Assembly (NCBI GenBank): GCA_947629915.1
Contig: CANRFN010000010.1
Span: forward strand, 5,786 to 69,785
Length of the DNA: 64,000 nucleotides
Reading direction: 5' to 3'
DNA from: an uncultured Oscillospiraceae bacterium
GTDB lineage: Bacteria > Bacillota > Clostridia > Oscillospirales > Oscillospiraceae
Of the stretch, positions 1-9,030 are shown in pieces. Below the pieces are notes generated by a model. The model saw only the letters and a list, made by a program, of their open reading frames with translations. It ran no database searches and was not told the DNA's origin. Positions within the stretch are counted from its first letter, which is position 1. Each line of letters starts with the position of its first letter. The position numbers and the translations under genes were made by a program.

Positions 1-1370
1 CCTACGGAGCCATGACATTCGTCAACGGCGTGGCCACCTTCACCCTGAAGGGCGGTCAAACCATCACCGCAACTGGTCTGCCTGCTGGCATCACGTATAC
101 CGTCACGGAGGCGGAAGCCAATGCTGATGGGTACAAGACCACGTCTATTGGCGAGACCGGAGAGATCCCGTTGGAGGGTAGTGCAGATGCTGTCTTCACC
201 AACACCATCGGCGTGGGAGACCTTGTCGTCAGCAAGATCCTCGAGGGTGAGGGTGCAGACCCGAACAAGGACTGGACCTTCACCGTTACCCTCAGCGATT
301 CCACCATCAACGGCACCTACGGTGGCATGACATTCGTCAACGGCGTGGCTACATTCACCCTGAAGGGCGGTCAAACCCTCACCGCAACTGGTCTGCCTGC
401 TGGCATCACGTATACCGTCACGGAGGCGGAAGCCAATACTGATGGGTACAAGACCACATCTACGGGTGAGACCGGAGAGATCCCCTCGGAGGGTTCTGCA
501 GAAGCAGTATTCACCAACAGCATCGAAGAGGGAGCGCTCACGGTGGTCAAGAACATCGAGGGCAAGGAAGCAGACCCGAACAAGGACTGGACCTTCACTG
601 TAACCCTCAGCGATACCAGCATCAACGGCACCTATGGTGGTATGACATTCACCAACGGCGTTGCCACCTTCACCTTGAAGGGCGGCCAGAGCCTCACAGC
701 TACGGGCCTGCCCGCTGGAATTAGCTACACCGTAACCGAGGCAGAGGCCAACACCGATGGGTACACCACCAGAACGGCCGGTACCACTGGCACCATCCCT
801 GCAGACGGCGAGGCCGTGGCCACGTTCGTCAACAGCAAGGGCGAGGTGGAGAAAGGCAACTTTGCGGTCCGCAAGAGAGTGCGCGGCGATGATGGCGATC
901 CCAACCAGGTGTTCCACTTCATCATCACCCTCAGCGATCCCACCATCAGCGGCACGTTTGGCGATGTCACCTTCGAGAACGGCGTGGGCCAAGTAGCCCT
1001 GAAAGACGGCGAGCACGCCTGGATTCTGGGCTTGCCTGTGGGAACCACGTACACGGTCACCGAGGTGGAGGCCAACCAGGACGGGTACCAGACCCGTGGC
1101 GAAGGGGAGACCGGAGCAGTCCCGGCAACGGGCCATAATGAGGCCAGATACACCAACTTCAGAGGACCTGGCGAACCCAACTGGGATGAGCCGTGGGAGG
1201 AGCTGCCCGATCCGGAAGTGCCGCTGGCACCGCCGGAGGACAATCCTTCAGACAACCCGCCCCAGACCAACGATCAGTTCAATCGGGAACTGTGGATGCT
1301 GATGATGGCAGCTGCCTTCCTTGGCATGACAGCACAGTTCCTCCCCGGAAAGAGAAAAGAAGAGGCTTGA
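1..1370 (+). CDS. Sortase-anchored surface protein, C-terminal part (5' end outside window); tandem Cna-B/SpaA-type repeats
   Basis: The frame of ORF 12..1370 stays open to base 1: YGA|MTFVNG at the window edge mirrors the internal repeat junction YGG|MTFVNG. Each ~105-aa unit carries GLPAGI(T/S)YTVTE.EAN.DGY, typical of Cna-B/SpaA stalk domains. The C-terminus has a sorting-signal layout: PPQTN motif, hydrophobic ELWMLMMAAAFLGMTAQFL, basic tail GKRKEE. Confidence 0.8.
   Translation, partial: YGAMTFVNGVATFTLKGGQTITATGLPAGITYTVTEAEANADGYKTTSIGETGEIPLEGSADAVFTNTIGVGDLVVSKILEGEGADPNKDWTFTVTLSDSTINGTYGGMTFVNGVATFTLKGGQTLTATGLPAGITYTVTEAEANTDGYKTTSTGETGEIPSEGSAEAVFTNSIEEGALTVVKNIEGKEADPNKDWTFTVTLSDTSINGTYGGMTFTNGVATFTLKGGQSLTATGLPAGISYTVTEAEANTDGYTTRTAGTTGTIPADGEAVATFVNSKGEVEKGNFAVRKRVRGDDGDPNQVFHFIITLSDPTISGTFGDVTFENGVGQVALKDGEHAWILGLPVGTTYTVTEVEANQDGYQTRGEGETGAVPATGHNEARYTNFRGPGEPNWDEPWEELPDPEVPLAPPEDNPSDNPPQTNDQFNRELWMLMMAAAFLGMTAQFLPGKRKEEA
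3..1150 (+). repeat. In-frame tandem repeats of ~315 bp (unit starts 3, 318, 633, diverged unit from 957)
   Basis: TA(C/T)GG.G..ATGACATTC(G/A)(T/C)CAACGGCGT recurs at 3, 318 and 633 (period 315). A fourth unit starting TTTGGCGATGTCACCTTCGAGAACGGCGT at 957 is diverged. Confidence 0.85.
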
Positions 1371-1415
1371 GATACGCCGGATTCGTCCCGCGTGATTGAG
1401 CGCACAGCATGAGAT

Positions 1416-1445
1416 GCGGCGGGCAGCCCTGTGGCTGCCCGCCGC
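1416..1445 (+). terminator. GC-rich hairpin after the surface-protein gene
   Basis: GCGGCGGGCAGCC-CTGT-GGCTGCCCGCCGC forms a perfect 13-bp stem. No clear T-tract follows. Confidence 0.45.
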
Positions 1446-1533
1446 GTCTCGCGCTCTGGGGAAGGGAAATTGGATAGTCCAAGAATATTGGAAAAGATCT
1501 CCCTGAATGGCTGATCTTTTTGCGCTCTGGGTA

Positions 1534-1561
1534 TTGCAATTGCCGTAGAGCGTGCTATAAT
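1534..1561 (+). promoter_or_regulatory. Sigma-A type promoter of the riboswitch-ribU unit
   Basis: TTGCAA (1534-1539), 16-nt spacer, TATAAT (1556-1561), just upstream of the riboswitch. Confidence 0.55.
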
Positions 1562-1574
1562 CGGGGCCAACAAC

Positions 1575-1700
1575 TGAATACCTGTCTTCAGGGCGGGGTG
1601 AAAGTCCCCACTGGCGGTATAGTCCGCGACCCACACATGTGGCTGACTCGGTGCAACTCCGGGACCAACGGTTACAGTCCGGATGGAAGAAGATGTGTTT
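1575..1700 (+). promoter_or_regulatory. FMN riboswitch (RFN element)
   Basis: Matches the RFN core by eye: TCTTCAGGGCGGGGTGAAAGTCCCCACTGGCGGTA..AGTCCGCGACCC..GGTGCAACTCCGGGACCAACGGTTACAGTCCGGATGGAAGAAG. P1 is TCTTC/GAAGA. It sits directly 5' of an ECF riboflavin S-component gene. Confidence 0.85.
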
Positions 1701-1764
1701 GTCTCCTTTGCTGAGAGCACCTTGCAAGACGGCTTCAGGTGTGAATCAGAAAGGAGTCTTTTTT

Positions 1765-2448
1765 ATGTCCGAAAGACAGGCAACCGCCCAGGGCCGTATG
1801 AGCACCCGGGAAGTGGTGGTCCTGGCCATGTTCACAGCGGTGGCCTACGTGGTGATGCTGCTGTCCAAGATGCTGCCCTCCATGATCGGCTTTCTCCAGT
1901 TCGATCTCAAGGACACCATCGTGTGCATCGGCGGCTTCCTCTTTGGCCCCATGGCAGCGGCCGTGGTGTCCATCGTGGTGTGCCTCATCGAGATGTTCAC
2001 CGCCAGCGACACCGCCTTCATCGGCGCGGTGATGAACGCCATCTCCACCTGCGCCTTCTGCTGCACCGCCACCTTTATCTATAAGAAGGACCGCACCATG
2101 CGGGGCGCCGTGGTCGGCCTGGCCTCCGGCACGGTGGTGCTCACCGCAGTGATGCTGCTCTGGAACTATCTCATCACCCCGCTCTACATGCAGGGCGTTA
2201 CCCGGGAGCAGGTGGCGGGCATGCTGATCCCCGTGTTTCTGCCCTTCAACCTCACCAAGGGCGGCCTGAACATGGCGGCTACCCTGCTACTCTATAAGCC
2301 TGTGGTGACCGCGCTGCGGGCGGCCAAACTGGTGCCCACCTCAGATTCTCCCAAGAAGGGCGGCTTCCACGGCGGCATGATGCTGCTGGGGGCCTTCCTA
2401 CTGGCCACCTTCATCGTGCTGATGCTGGTGCTCACCGGCAAGATCTGA
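1765..2448 (+). CDS. ribU: ECF transporter S component, riboflavin-type (RibU-like)
   Basis: ATG at 1765 preceded by GAAAGGAG. The polytopic membrane protein (REVVVLAMFTAVAYVV.., FNLTKGGLN) resembles ECF S components and follows an FMN riboswitch. The track start at 1639 lies inside the riboswitch and is rejected. Confidence 0.8.
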   Translation: MSERQATAQGRMSTREVVVLAMFTAVAYVVMLLSKMLPSMIGFLQFDLKDTIVCIGGFLFGPMAAAVVSIVVCLIEMFTASDTAFIGAVMNAISTCAFCCTATFIYKKDRTMRGAVVGLASGTVVLTAVMLLWNYLITPLYMQGVTREQVAGMLIPVFLPFNLTKGGLNMAATLLLYKPVVTALRAAKLVPTSDSPKKGGFHGGMMLLGAFLLATFIVLMLVLTGKI

Positions 2449-2471
2449 TCTGAGACCGAGAAAACGGAAGA

Positions 2472-2507
2472 GCGGGTGGGAGATGGCGTGCGCCATCTCC
2501 CACCCGC
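2472..2507. terminator. Bidirectional terminator hairpin between ribU (+) and family-T gene (-)
   Basis: GCGGGTGGGAGATGGCG-TG-CGCCATCTCCCACCCGC, 17-bp arms. CGTTTT follows on the minus strand. Confidence 0.65.
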
Positions 2508-2528
2508 AAATTCATTCTGGCGGCGGGG

Positions 2529-3983
2529 CTATCTCTGCCGCTGGATCTGGGCCATGGCGGCCCGGTATGCGGCGATCTCCCTGTCTGCGTCCAGGGAGGT
2601 GGGGGCAGCCCCGGGATAGAAAGAGGCAAACCGGGCCGCCTCGCCGCCTTGGATGCCGGCAAAGACCTTTTTCAGGGCAGCCAGCACGCGGAGAAAGTCG
2701 AAGGCGATGAAGTCCAGGTAGCAGTACTGCATGCCGATGGCAAAGCCGGTGACGAAGACCTCATTGCCTGCAGCCGCCTTGATCTTCTGCGGAAGGTCCA
2801 AAATGGGATGGCAATCTGTCAGGTCGGGCTTTGTGGGATAGAACACGAAGCCGGCGGCAACCCCCTGCCCGAGGAGACCGTAGAAGATGTGGTCCTTGCC
2901 CTCCTGATACTCCTGGAGAAGTTCCGGAAAACAGGAGAAACCAGAGACAATATCGCTGCGAAGGCCGGCGGACGGCTTGAGATGGCGTACCGATGCAAGA
3001 GAGCGGTCCAGGTAGCTGCGGGCGGACATCCGCAATTCCATTTTCCTGGCGGTCCTGCGTGTCCTGCACAGCCGGTTCAAGGGGAGTGCATCGCGCCGCG
3101 GTTCTCTCTCTTCCGCAAGGATGGGGTGAAAGACATATCTGGCGGGGATCTCTCCCACAGCATCGGCAACCGCCTGCTCTGCCAACTTTTGCGCCTCTGC
3201 CGCGTCTTGGGCGGCCAAGTTTGCCAGGGCGCTGTTGTACACATGGATGGGCGTGGGCTGGTCGTCTTCCGCTTTGTCCAGGGTGAACTGGAATTGGCTG
3301 AGATCATAGGAGAAGCCGGAGATCGGCACCTGCTGGTTGAGAGACAGCTCCAGGCCTGCCCGGAACTGCCACTTCTTCTGGAGGGCTGGGGGAACATGCT
3401 CCTCCAGGTACAGCAGGGGGAAGATGTTTTCCGGGTCCTCAGCCAGGATGAATTGCAGATGAAAAACGCCGTTCTCTTCGCTGAAGCCAAAGGGGAGATA
3501 GCCCTGGGCGTTGAACACGCTGGAGATGAGCGGAAAGGCCTTGGAGTAGTTCCTGGTGTGTAAGGCCCGGGTGATGGCAGCCTCCCTCTTTTGGAACGCC
3601 TCCCACAGATCGGGGACCAGCGCGGCATAGCTGGGATTGCCCACAGGGAAGGTGCGGTGAAACCGGCAGATCTCCTGGTAGCCGGGCAGTTGAATCTCTT
3701 CCGGCATCTGCTGAAACAGGCGCTCTGCATGGCCATAGCGCTGGATCTCCAGGTTGGAGAGTGCCATCCCGAAGAGAATGGGGGCCAGCCAGTGCGTGCG
3801 CCCTTCCATGCACTCCATGATGGTGTTTGCATTCTGCCAGGCTTTGGCCCGGTATTCCTGCCAGTCCTCTTCGGCCTGCTCGCGGTGGTCCCAGAGGTCC
3901 ATGGCGCCGAGAACGGCCTGCTCTAGGCGCTTTTCGAGGCGCACATATCGGGTCTGCTGACGCATCTGTGCTAAGAGGTCCAT
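2529..3983 (-). CDS. Uncharacterised cytoplasmic protein, family T paralogue 3 of 3 (last in transcription order)
   Basis: Start moved to ATG 3983 (MDLLAQMRQQ) behind AAAGGAG. The track's 61-aa N-extension (MPASKAARRP..) is the wrong-frame reading of the neighbour's conserved 3' end. Alignable over its full length with 4033..5490 and 5535..6977. No signal peptide or TM segment. Confidence 0.75.
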   Translation of the reverse strand: MDLLAQMRQQTRYVRLEKRLEQAVLGAMDLWDHREQAEEDWQEYRAKAWQNANTIMECMEGRTHWLAPILFGMALSNLEIQRYGHAERLFQQMPEEIQLPGYQEICRFHRTFPVGNPSYAALVPDLWEAFQKREAAITRALHTRNYSKAFPLISSVFNAQGYLPFGFSEENGVFHLQFILAEDPENIFPLLYLEEHVPPALQKKWQFRAGLELSLNQQVPISGFSYDLSQFQFTLDKAEDDQPTPIHVYNSALANLAAQDAAEAQKLAEQAVADAVGEIPARYVFHPILAEEREPRRDALPLNRLCRTRRTARKMELRMSARSYLDRSLASVRHLKPSAGLRSDIVSGFSCFPELLQEYQEGKDHIFYGLLGQGVAAGFVFYPTKPDLTDCHPILDLPQKIKAAAGNEVFVTGFAIGMQYCYLDFIAFDFLRVLAALKKVFAGIQGGEAARFASFYPGAAPTSLDADREIAAYRAAMAQIQRQR

Positions 3984-4032
3984 TTCGATGCTCCTTTGTT
4001 TGTGCCGTAGGCGGTTGGGCCTGTGTGCAGTG

Positions 4033-5490
4033 CTATCCCCGCCGCTGCATCTGGACCATGGCGGCCCGGTATGCGGCGATCTCCTTGTCTGCGTCCAGGG
4101 AGGTGGGGGCGGCCCCGGGGTAGAAGGAGGCAAACTGGGCCGCCTCGCCGCCTTGGATGCCGGCAAAGACCTGCTTCAGGGCGGCCAGGACTTTGAGGAA
4201 GTCGAAGGCAACGAAGTCGATGTAGCAGTACTCGCTGCCGATGGCGATGCCGGTGATGGCGATGTCATCTCCGGCGGCATCCCGGATCCGCCGCGTCATG
4301 TTGGAAATGTGTCTCTTGGGCGGGGTGGTACAGAGCTCTTTCGGATAGAACAGGAAGCCCGTTGCCACGCCCTGGGTGAGGAGATGGTTGAACAGATAGG
4401 AACTGCGCTCCTGGTATGCCTGCAGGATCTCCGGAAAACAGGTGGAGCTGTAGAGAATGTCGCTGCGGAGGCCGGCGGATGGCTTCAGGTGTTCCGCCTG
4501 CACAGCGTATGTCTCCAGATAGCGGCGGGCTGAAGTGTCCAGGTCTGCTCCCTCATGGACAATCAGGTCAAAGGCCAGGCAGTCCAGGCTTTGGGAGGAA
4601 TACGCCAGCGGCTTGGGGGCCACGAGGACGGGGTCCAGATAGCGTTGGGCGGGGACCTCCCCGATGGCATAGGAGACCGCCCGTTTCGCCAGCCGCTTCG
4701 CCTCTACAGGGTCTCGCCTGGCCAGGGCTGCCAGGTCCTTCCGGTAGACGTGGATGGGACGGCGATTGCAGTCTCCCGGCTTCCCCAGGGTGTATCGGAA
4801 ATAGGAGAGCGGGTAGGCCTTTCCATTGTAGCGGATGGGCTCCTCCGGCTCTGTCTCGAAACCTGCCCGGAACTGCCATCCCTTTTGGGTGAGGGCGGGC
4901 AGGACATGCTCCTCCAGGTAGAGCATGGGGAAGATGTCCCCCGGGGACTCGCCTATGCTGAACCGCATCTCGATGCCGCTGTCTGACGTGGAAAAGCCGG
5001 CGAGAAAAGGACTGGTCTGGGCGTGAAAGACAGAGCGCACCAGTTCAAAGGTTTTGAGGAATTCGCCGGTCTGCAGACAGCGGGCGATGTCGCCCTCGAT
5101 CTGGAGGAAGGCACGCCACATCTGGGGTGCCAGCGCGGCAAAGCAGACCTTTGTCACGGGGAAGCGGCGGTGAAACTGGCAAATCTCCAGGTAGCCGGGC
5201 AGCCGGTCTGAGGCGGGCAGCTCCCGAAACAGATTCTCTGCCAGATCGTAATGCTGCCATTCCAGTGCGGAGAGGGCAGCGCCGAATTGGTCCGGGAGAA
5301 GTCCTGTGCCGGAGAAATCGCCCATGAGGATGTCTGCGTTACCATATACTTGGGTGCGGTATGCAAAGCAGTCTTTCAGCTTCTCCTCGCGCTGCTCCCA
5401 CAGGTCCAGCGTGCTGAGGATATGCGGTTTGTGCTCTGGCTTGCACTGGCCCCGCTGTGCCATGCTGCGGATTCGGGTGATGATGTCCAA
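4033..5490 (-). CDS. Uncharacterised cytoplasmic protein, family T paralogue 2 of 3
   Basis: 485-aa ORF. Shares blocks LPGY..IC(R/Q)FHR.FPV, FPMLYLEEH, WQFRAG, PIHVY, HLKPSAGLRSDI, CFPE(L/I)LQ.Y.E, GVA(A/T)GF(V/L)FYP and FAGIQGGEAA.FASFYPGA.PTSLDAD.EIAAYRAAM with its neighbours. Confidence 0.75.
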   Translation of the reverse strand: MDIITRIRSMAQRGQCKPEHKPHILSTLDLWEQREEKLKDCFAYRTQVYGNADILMGDFSGTGLLPDQFGAALSALEWQHYDLAENLFRELPASDRLPGYLEICQFHRRFPVTKVCFAALAPQMWRAFLQIEGDIARCLQTGEFLKTFELVRSVFHAQTSPFLAGFSTSDSGIEMRFSIGESPGDIFPMLYLEEHVLPALTQKGWQFRAGFETEPEEPIRYNGKAYPLSYFRYTLGKPGDCNRRPIHVYRKDLAALARRDPVEAKRLAKRAVSYAIGEVPAQRYLDPVLVAPKPLAYSSQSLDCLAFDLIVHEGADLDTSARRYLETYAVQAEHLKPSAGLRSDILYSSTCFPEILQAYQERSSYLFNHLLTQGVATGFLFYPKELCTTPPKRHISNMTRRIRDAAGDDIAITGIAIGSEYCYIDFVAFDFLKVLAALKQVFAGIQGGEAAQFASFYPGAAPTSLDADKEIAAYRAAMVQMQRRG

Positions 5491-5534
5491 GTGGGATCTC
5501 CTCCGGGTGCAAGAATGGGGATCTTCGAGGTAGG

Positions 5535-6977
5535 CTATGCCTGACTCTGGATCTGGGCCATGGCGGCCCGATATGCGGCGATCTCCCTGTCTGCGTCCAG
5601 GGAGGTGGGCTTGGCGCCGGGGTAGAAGGAGGCAAACCGGGCCGCCTCGCCGCCTTGGATGCCGGCAAAGACCTGCTTCAGGACGCCAAGGACTTTGAGA
5701 AAATCGTAGGCCACGAAGTCGATGTAGCAGAACTTGTTGCCGAAGGCGCTGCCTGTTACTGTGATGTCATCTCCCGCCGCGTTTTCGATCTGCTGCGCGA
5801 TCTCCGTGTGGAACGTCTTCCTGCGAAGGCAGAGCTCTGAGGGGAAGAAGACGAACCCAGCCGCAACCCCCTGGCCGAGGAGGTTGTGGAAGATGTGGGA
5901 CTGGCGCTCCCGGTACTCCTGGAGGAGCTCCGGGAAACAGGAGGTGCTGGTGAGAATGTCGCTGCGGAGACCGGCAGACGGCTTGAGATGGGATGTCTCC
6001 TGCGTATGGATGTCCAGGTACTCCCGGGCAGACATCCGTACCTCGAGAAGCATTTCGAGCGGAAACCGATCCAAGGTTGCGGCGCCGCGGCCGAGGGAGC
6101 GCTTTGCCACCACGATGGGATCGAAGAGAGACCTTGCTGCCAGCTCTCCGGCGGCATAGGACAGGGCGTCCTCTGCCACTTTCTGTGCCTCCAAGCTGTC
6201 TTTGGCGGCGAGCTTTGCCAGCGCGGTGTTGTATATCTGGATGCGCTTTTTCCCGTTGTTTCCCCCGTCGTCCAGGTGGTACCGGAACGCGTTGAGCCCA
6301 CAGAGGGACCCGGAGAGAACCACGCTCTCGCTCAGGGCGGGCTCCGTGCCTGCCCGCGCCTGCCACCGCTTGATGCGGTCCGCCGGGAAATGCTCCTCCA
6401 GATACAGCATGGGGAAGATGTTTTCCATGGCATCCCGCAGGCGGAACTGCAGCTGATAGGAGTCTTCCCGGAGGGCGATGGCAAAGGGAAAGGGGACGGT
6501 CTGGGCGTGAAAGATGTTGCAGATCAGCTCTATCGCCCATGGGTTGGCCCCGGTCTCCAGCGCATGGGCGATGGTGTTCCCCTTCTTGCGGAAGTCCTCC
6601 CACAGTTGGGGCGCCAGCGCGGCATAGGTGGTGTTCCCCACGGGAAAACGGCGGTGGAACCGGCAGACCTGCTGAAAGCCGGGCAGCTGATAGCGCTTCG
6701 GCAGCTGCTGAAACAGGGACTCCGCCCGCTGGTAGTTCTGAAGCTCCAGGGCGGTGATGGCCATCCCGAAGCAGGCGAAGACATTCCCGCGCTCCTCCAG
6801 AAGCGATTCTGCCAGCGCCTCATCGTTGCGCAGGGCCTCAATGCGATAGGTGTAGCAGCCCTGGGGGTCGTGCTCCCGGCGTGCCCACAGGTTCAGTGCA
6901 CTGCGCACCGAGTAGGTATAGTTGGTGGGGCACTTTCGCTGATCGATCAGTTTTGCAATCCGTTTGATGACGTCCAT
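5535..6977 (-). CDS. Uncharacterised cytoplasmic protein, family T paralogue 1 of 3 (first in transcription order)
   Basis: Start moved to ATG 6977 (MDVIKRIAKL) behind GAAGGAGGA. Same conserved blocks as the other two copies. Confidence 0.75.
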   Translation of the reverse strand: MDVIKRIAKLIDQRKCPTNYTYSVRSALNLWARREHDPQGCYTYRIEALRNDEALAESLLEERGNVFACFGMAITALELQNYQRAESLFQQLPKRYQLPGFQQVCRFHRRFPVGNTTYAALAPQLWEDFRKKGNTIAHALETGANPWAIELICNIFHAQTVPFPFAIALREDSYQLQFRLRDAMENIFPMLYLEEHFPADRIKRWQARAGTEPALSESVVLSGSLCGLNAFRYHLDDGGNNGKKRIQIYNTALAKLAAKDSLEAQKVAEDALSYAAGELAARSLFDPIVVAKRSLGRGAATLDRFPLEMLLEVRMSAREYLDIHTQETSHLKPSAGLRSDILTSTSCFPELLQEYRERQSHIFHNLLGQGVAAGFVFFPSELCLRRKTFHTEIAQQIENAAGDDITVTGSAFGNKFCYIDFVAYDFLKVLGVLKQVFAGIQGGEAARFASFYPGAKPTSLDADREIAAYRAAMAQIQSQA

Positions 6978-7213
6978 AAGGTCCTCCTTCTGTCTGTAGG
7001 CGTGGGTGGTCCCATCCGTTTCGTGTGTCCATTCTACCCGATCTCCGCTGCCGCTGCAAGGCAAAATCTGCCTCTTTACCATGCGTTTTGTCCGGAATTT
7101 CCACCGGTGCTCCGCCCGGAGACCCCTGCTTTGCCCTTTTTCCTGATCTTGGCCGGCGGAGTTACACTTTTTTGGAGAAATTCACAAAAAGGTATGGCGC
7201 GGCGGAGAGAAGT

Positions 7214-7222
7214 ATGCTATAA
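7214..7222 (+). promoter_or_regulatory. Extended -10 promoter element upstream of hpf
   Basis: TGCTATAAT (TGnTATAAT) about 55 nt upstream of the hpf start. No good -35 seen. Confidence 0.45.
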
Positions 7223-7276
7223 TGCGGGGGCAGGGGGGCCGTAGACCCTGTATCACTGGCGGAAGGAGTTAGAACC

Positions 7277-7816
7277 ATGAAGTTTACCTTTACAGAGAAG
7301 AAAGTCGATCTGTCCAAGAGACTCCACAACTACGCTGAGAAGAAGGTGGGCAAGCTGGACCGGTATTTCCGGACCGAGGCGGAGGCCAACCTGGTGTTCA
7401 GCGTAGAGAAGGACCGCAACAAGGTGGAGCTCACCATCCGCTCCGGCAGCACCACGCTTCGGGTGTCCGAGAGCACTTCCGACATGTACGCATCTGTGGA
7501 TGCCGCCGTCACATCCATGGAGCGGCAGCTGCGCAAGCACAAGACCCGCCTGGAGAAGCGGCTGCGCACCGCAGCATTCACCCCCGCCGAGCCGGAAGAG
7601 GCCACCTCTTTCGCACCGGACGAGGAGGAAGAGGAGTTCCATGTGGTCCGCACCAAGAAGTTCCCCATCAAGCCCATGACCGTGGACGAGGCGATCCTGG
7701 AGATGGACCTCATCGGACACACCTTCTTCGCATTCAAGAACGAAGACAGCGGCGTGTTCGCCGTAGTGTACAAGCGCAACGATGGCGGCTACGGCCTCAT
7801 CGAAGACGATGCCTGA
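7277..7816 (+). CDS. hpf: Ribosome hibernation promoting factor, long form
   Basis: MKFTFTEKKVDLSKRLHNYAEKKVGKLDRYF.. and the C-terminal dimerisation domain (FPIKPMTVDEAILEMDLIGHTFFAFKN) are typical of long HPF/YvyD. GGAAGGAG RBS. Confidence 0.9.
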   Translation: MKFTFTEKKVDLSKRLHNYAEKKVGKLDRYFRTEAEANLVFSVEKDRNKVELTIRSGSTTLRVSESTSDMYASVDAAVTSMERQLRKHKTRLEKRLRTAAFTPAEPEEATSFAPDEEEEEFHVVRTKKFPIKPMTVDEAILEMDLIGHTFFAFKNEDSGVFAVVYKRNDGGYGLIEDDA

Positions 7817-7838
7817 GCGCTTTGCCAACGCCCTATTG

Positions 7839-7872
7839 GACGCCCTGCCGCTGGCCGGCAGGGCGTCTTTCC
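7839..7872 (+). terminator. Rho-independent terminator of hpf
   Basis: GACGCCCTGCCG..CGGCAGGGCGTC stem followed by TTTCC. Confidence 0.7.
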
Positions 7873-8125
7873 GCCCTGAAGCGCGGTGTTGAAGAAGAAA
7901 AGATACGCTGCATGCGGCATTTTAGACAGTTTGGCAATGGCATTTTCGGTCGATGTGTGATAAAATCAGGGGCAATACGTTGTAGGTGCAAGAAATGGAT
8001 GGGCCGTTTCGGAAAGCAGAGGGCAGTCTCAGAGGAGAAAAAAACTCTGGTAATTTCCGCTGTATCATGGTAGTATATTCCGGTGTAAGGTGCCGCAACG
8101 GCAATCATATCTGCGGGGTGATCGC

Positions 8126-8968
8126 ATGAAGTTTTGGATGGCGATTGTATTGGGCTTGGTGCAGGGAGTGGCAGAATTTCTGCCCATCTCCAGTTCCGGA
8201 CACCTGGCGCTCTTGGAACACTTCTTCAACATGGAAGAGCCGGACGATCTGTTCAACGTCCTGCTCCACTTTGCAACTTTGATCGCGGTGTGTATCGCAT
8301 ACCGGGAGGACATCATCGCCATGATCAAAGAGTTCTTCCGCGGCCTGGCCGTCATGTTCTCCGGCCCGGCCAACCGCACCGAGGAGCGGCCGCCGGAGGC
8401 GAGACGGCTGGTGTTCCTGGTGATCATCGGCACGCTGCCGCTGTTTCTGGTGCTGCCCTTCCAGGACTTTGTAGAGGGTCTGGCCGCCAGCCCGGCCTTT
8501 GTCTCCTGCGCCCTCATCGTCACCGGCATCATCCTCTTTGCGGCAGACCGGAAGAAGGACGGCAAGAAGACCGCCCGCACTGCCACCGTGCAGGACGCCG
8601 TGCTGGTGGGCCTGGCCCAGGGCCTGGCCACCATTCCCGGCCTGTCCCGCTCCGGCACCACCATCTCCGCCGGTATGGCTCTCGGCCTGAACCGCCAGTT
8701 CGCCGTCCGGTATTCCTTCCTGCTCTCCCTGCCCGCTGTCCTTGGCGCCACCCTTTTGAAGGTGATCAAGGTCATCGGCGCCGGCGGCATCGACACCCAG
8801 GTGATCCCCATGTACCTCACGGGCATGGTGCTGGCCGGGGTCGTGGGATACTTCGCCGTGCAGCTGGTGAAGCTCCTGGCAGACAAGGGCAAGTTTGGCG
8901 GTTTCGCCTTCTACTGCTGGGCACTGGGCCTCGCCGCCCTCATCGCCCAGGCGATACTGCAAGTGTAA
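8126..8968 (+). CDS. uppP: Undecaprenyl-diphosphate phosphatase
   Basis: MKFWMAIVLGLVQGVAEFLPISSSGHL.. and GLSRSGTTISAG are BacA/UppP signatures. Start taken at ATG 8126 rather than track start 8090. Confidence 0.9.
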   Translation: MKFWMAIVLGLVQGVAEFLPISSSGHLALLEHFFNMEEPDDLFNVLLHFATLIAVCIAYREDIIAMIKEFFRGLAVMFSGPANRTEERPPEARRLVFLVIIGTLPLFLVLPFQDFVEGLAASPAFVSCALIVTGIILFAADRKKDGKKTARTATVQDAVLVGLAQGLATIPGLSRSGTTISAGMALGLNRQFAVRYSFLLSLPAVLGATLLKVIKVIGAGGIDTQVIPMYLTGMVLAGVVGYFAVQLVKLLADKGKFGGFAFYCWALGLAALIAQAILQV

Positions 8969-9030
8969 TCCCACTGGCACAGGCTGCCGGCGGGCAATTT
9001 CGCAGATGAATTCAGGAGGAAATTCCGTTC

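Noticed and set aside
2432-5668. Recurrent ORFs beginning MPASKAARRP(G/S)LP.. (2432..2662, the N-terminal 61 aa of 2529..4166, and 5339..5668)
   Set aside because: They are the same conserved 3' segment of the family-T genes read in a wrong frame, which is why they recur. The true starts have RBSs at 3983 and 6977.
8105-9009. Alternative-frame ORFs over uppP (8134..9009 +, 8105..8980 -, 8065..8892 -)
   Set aside because: The uppP frame carries unmistakable BacA motifs, while the others are Arg/Gly/Pro-rich overlapping frames.
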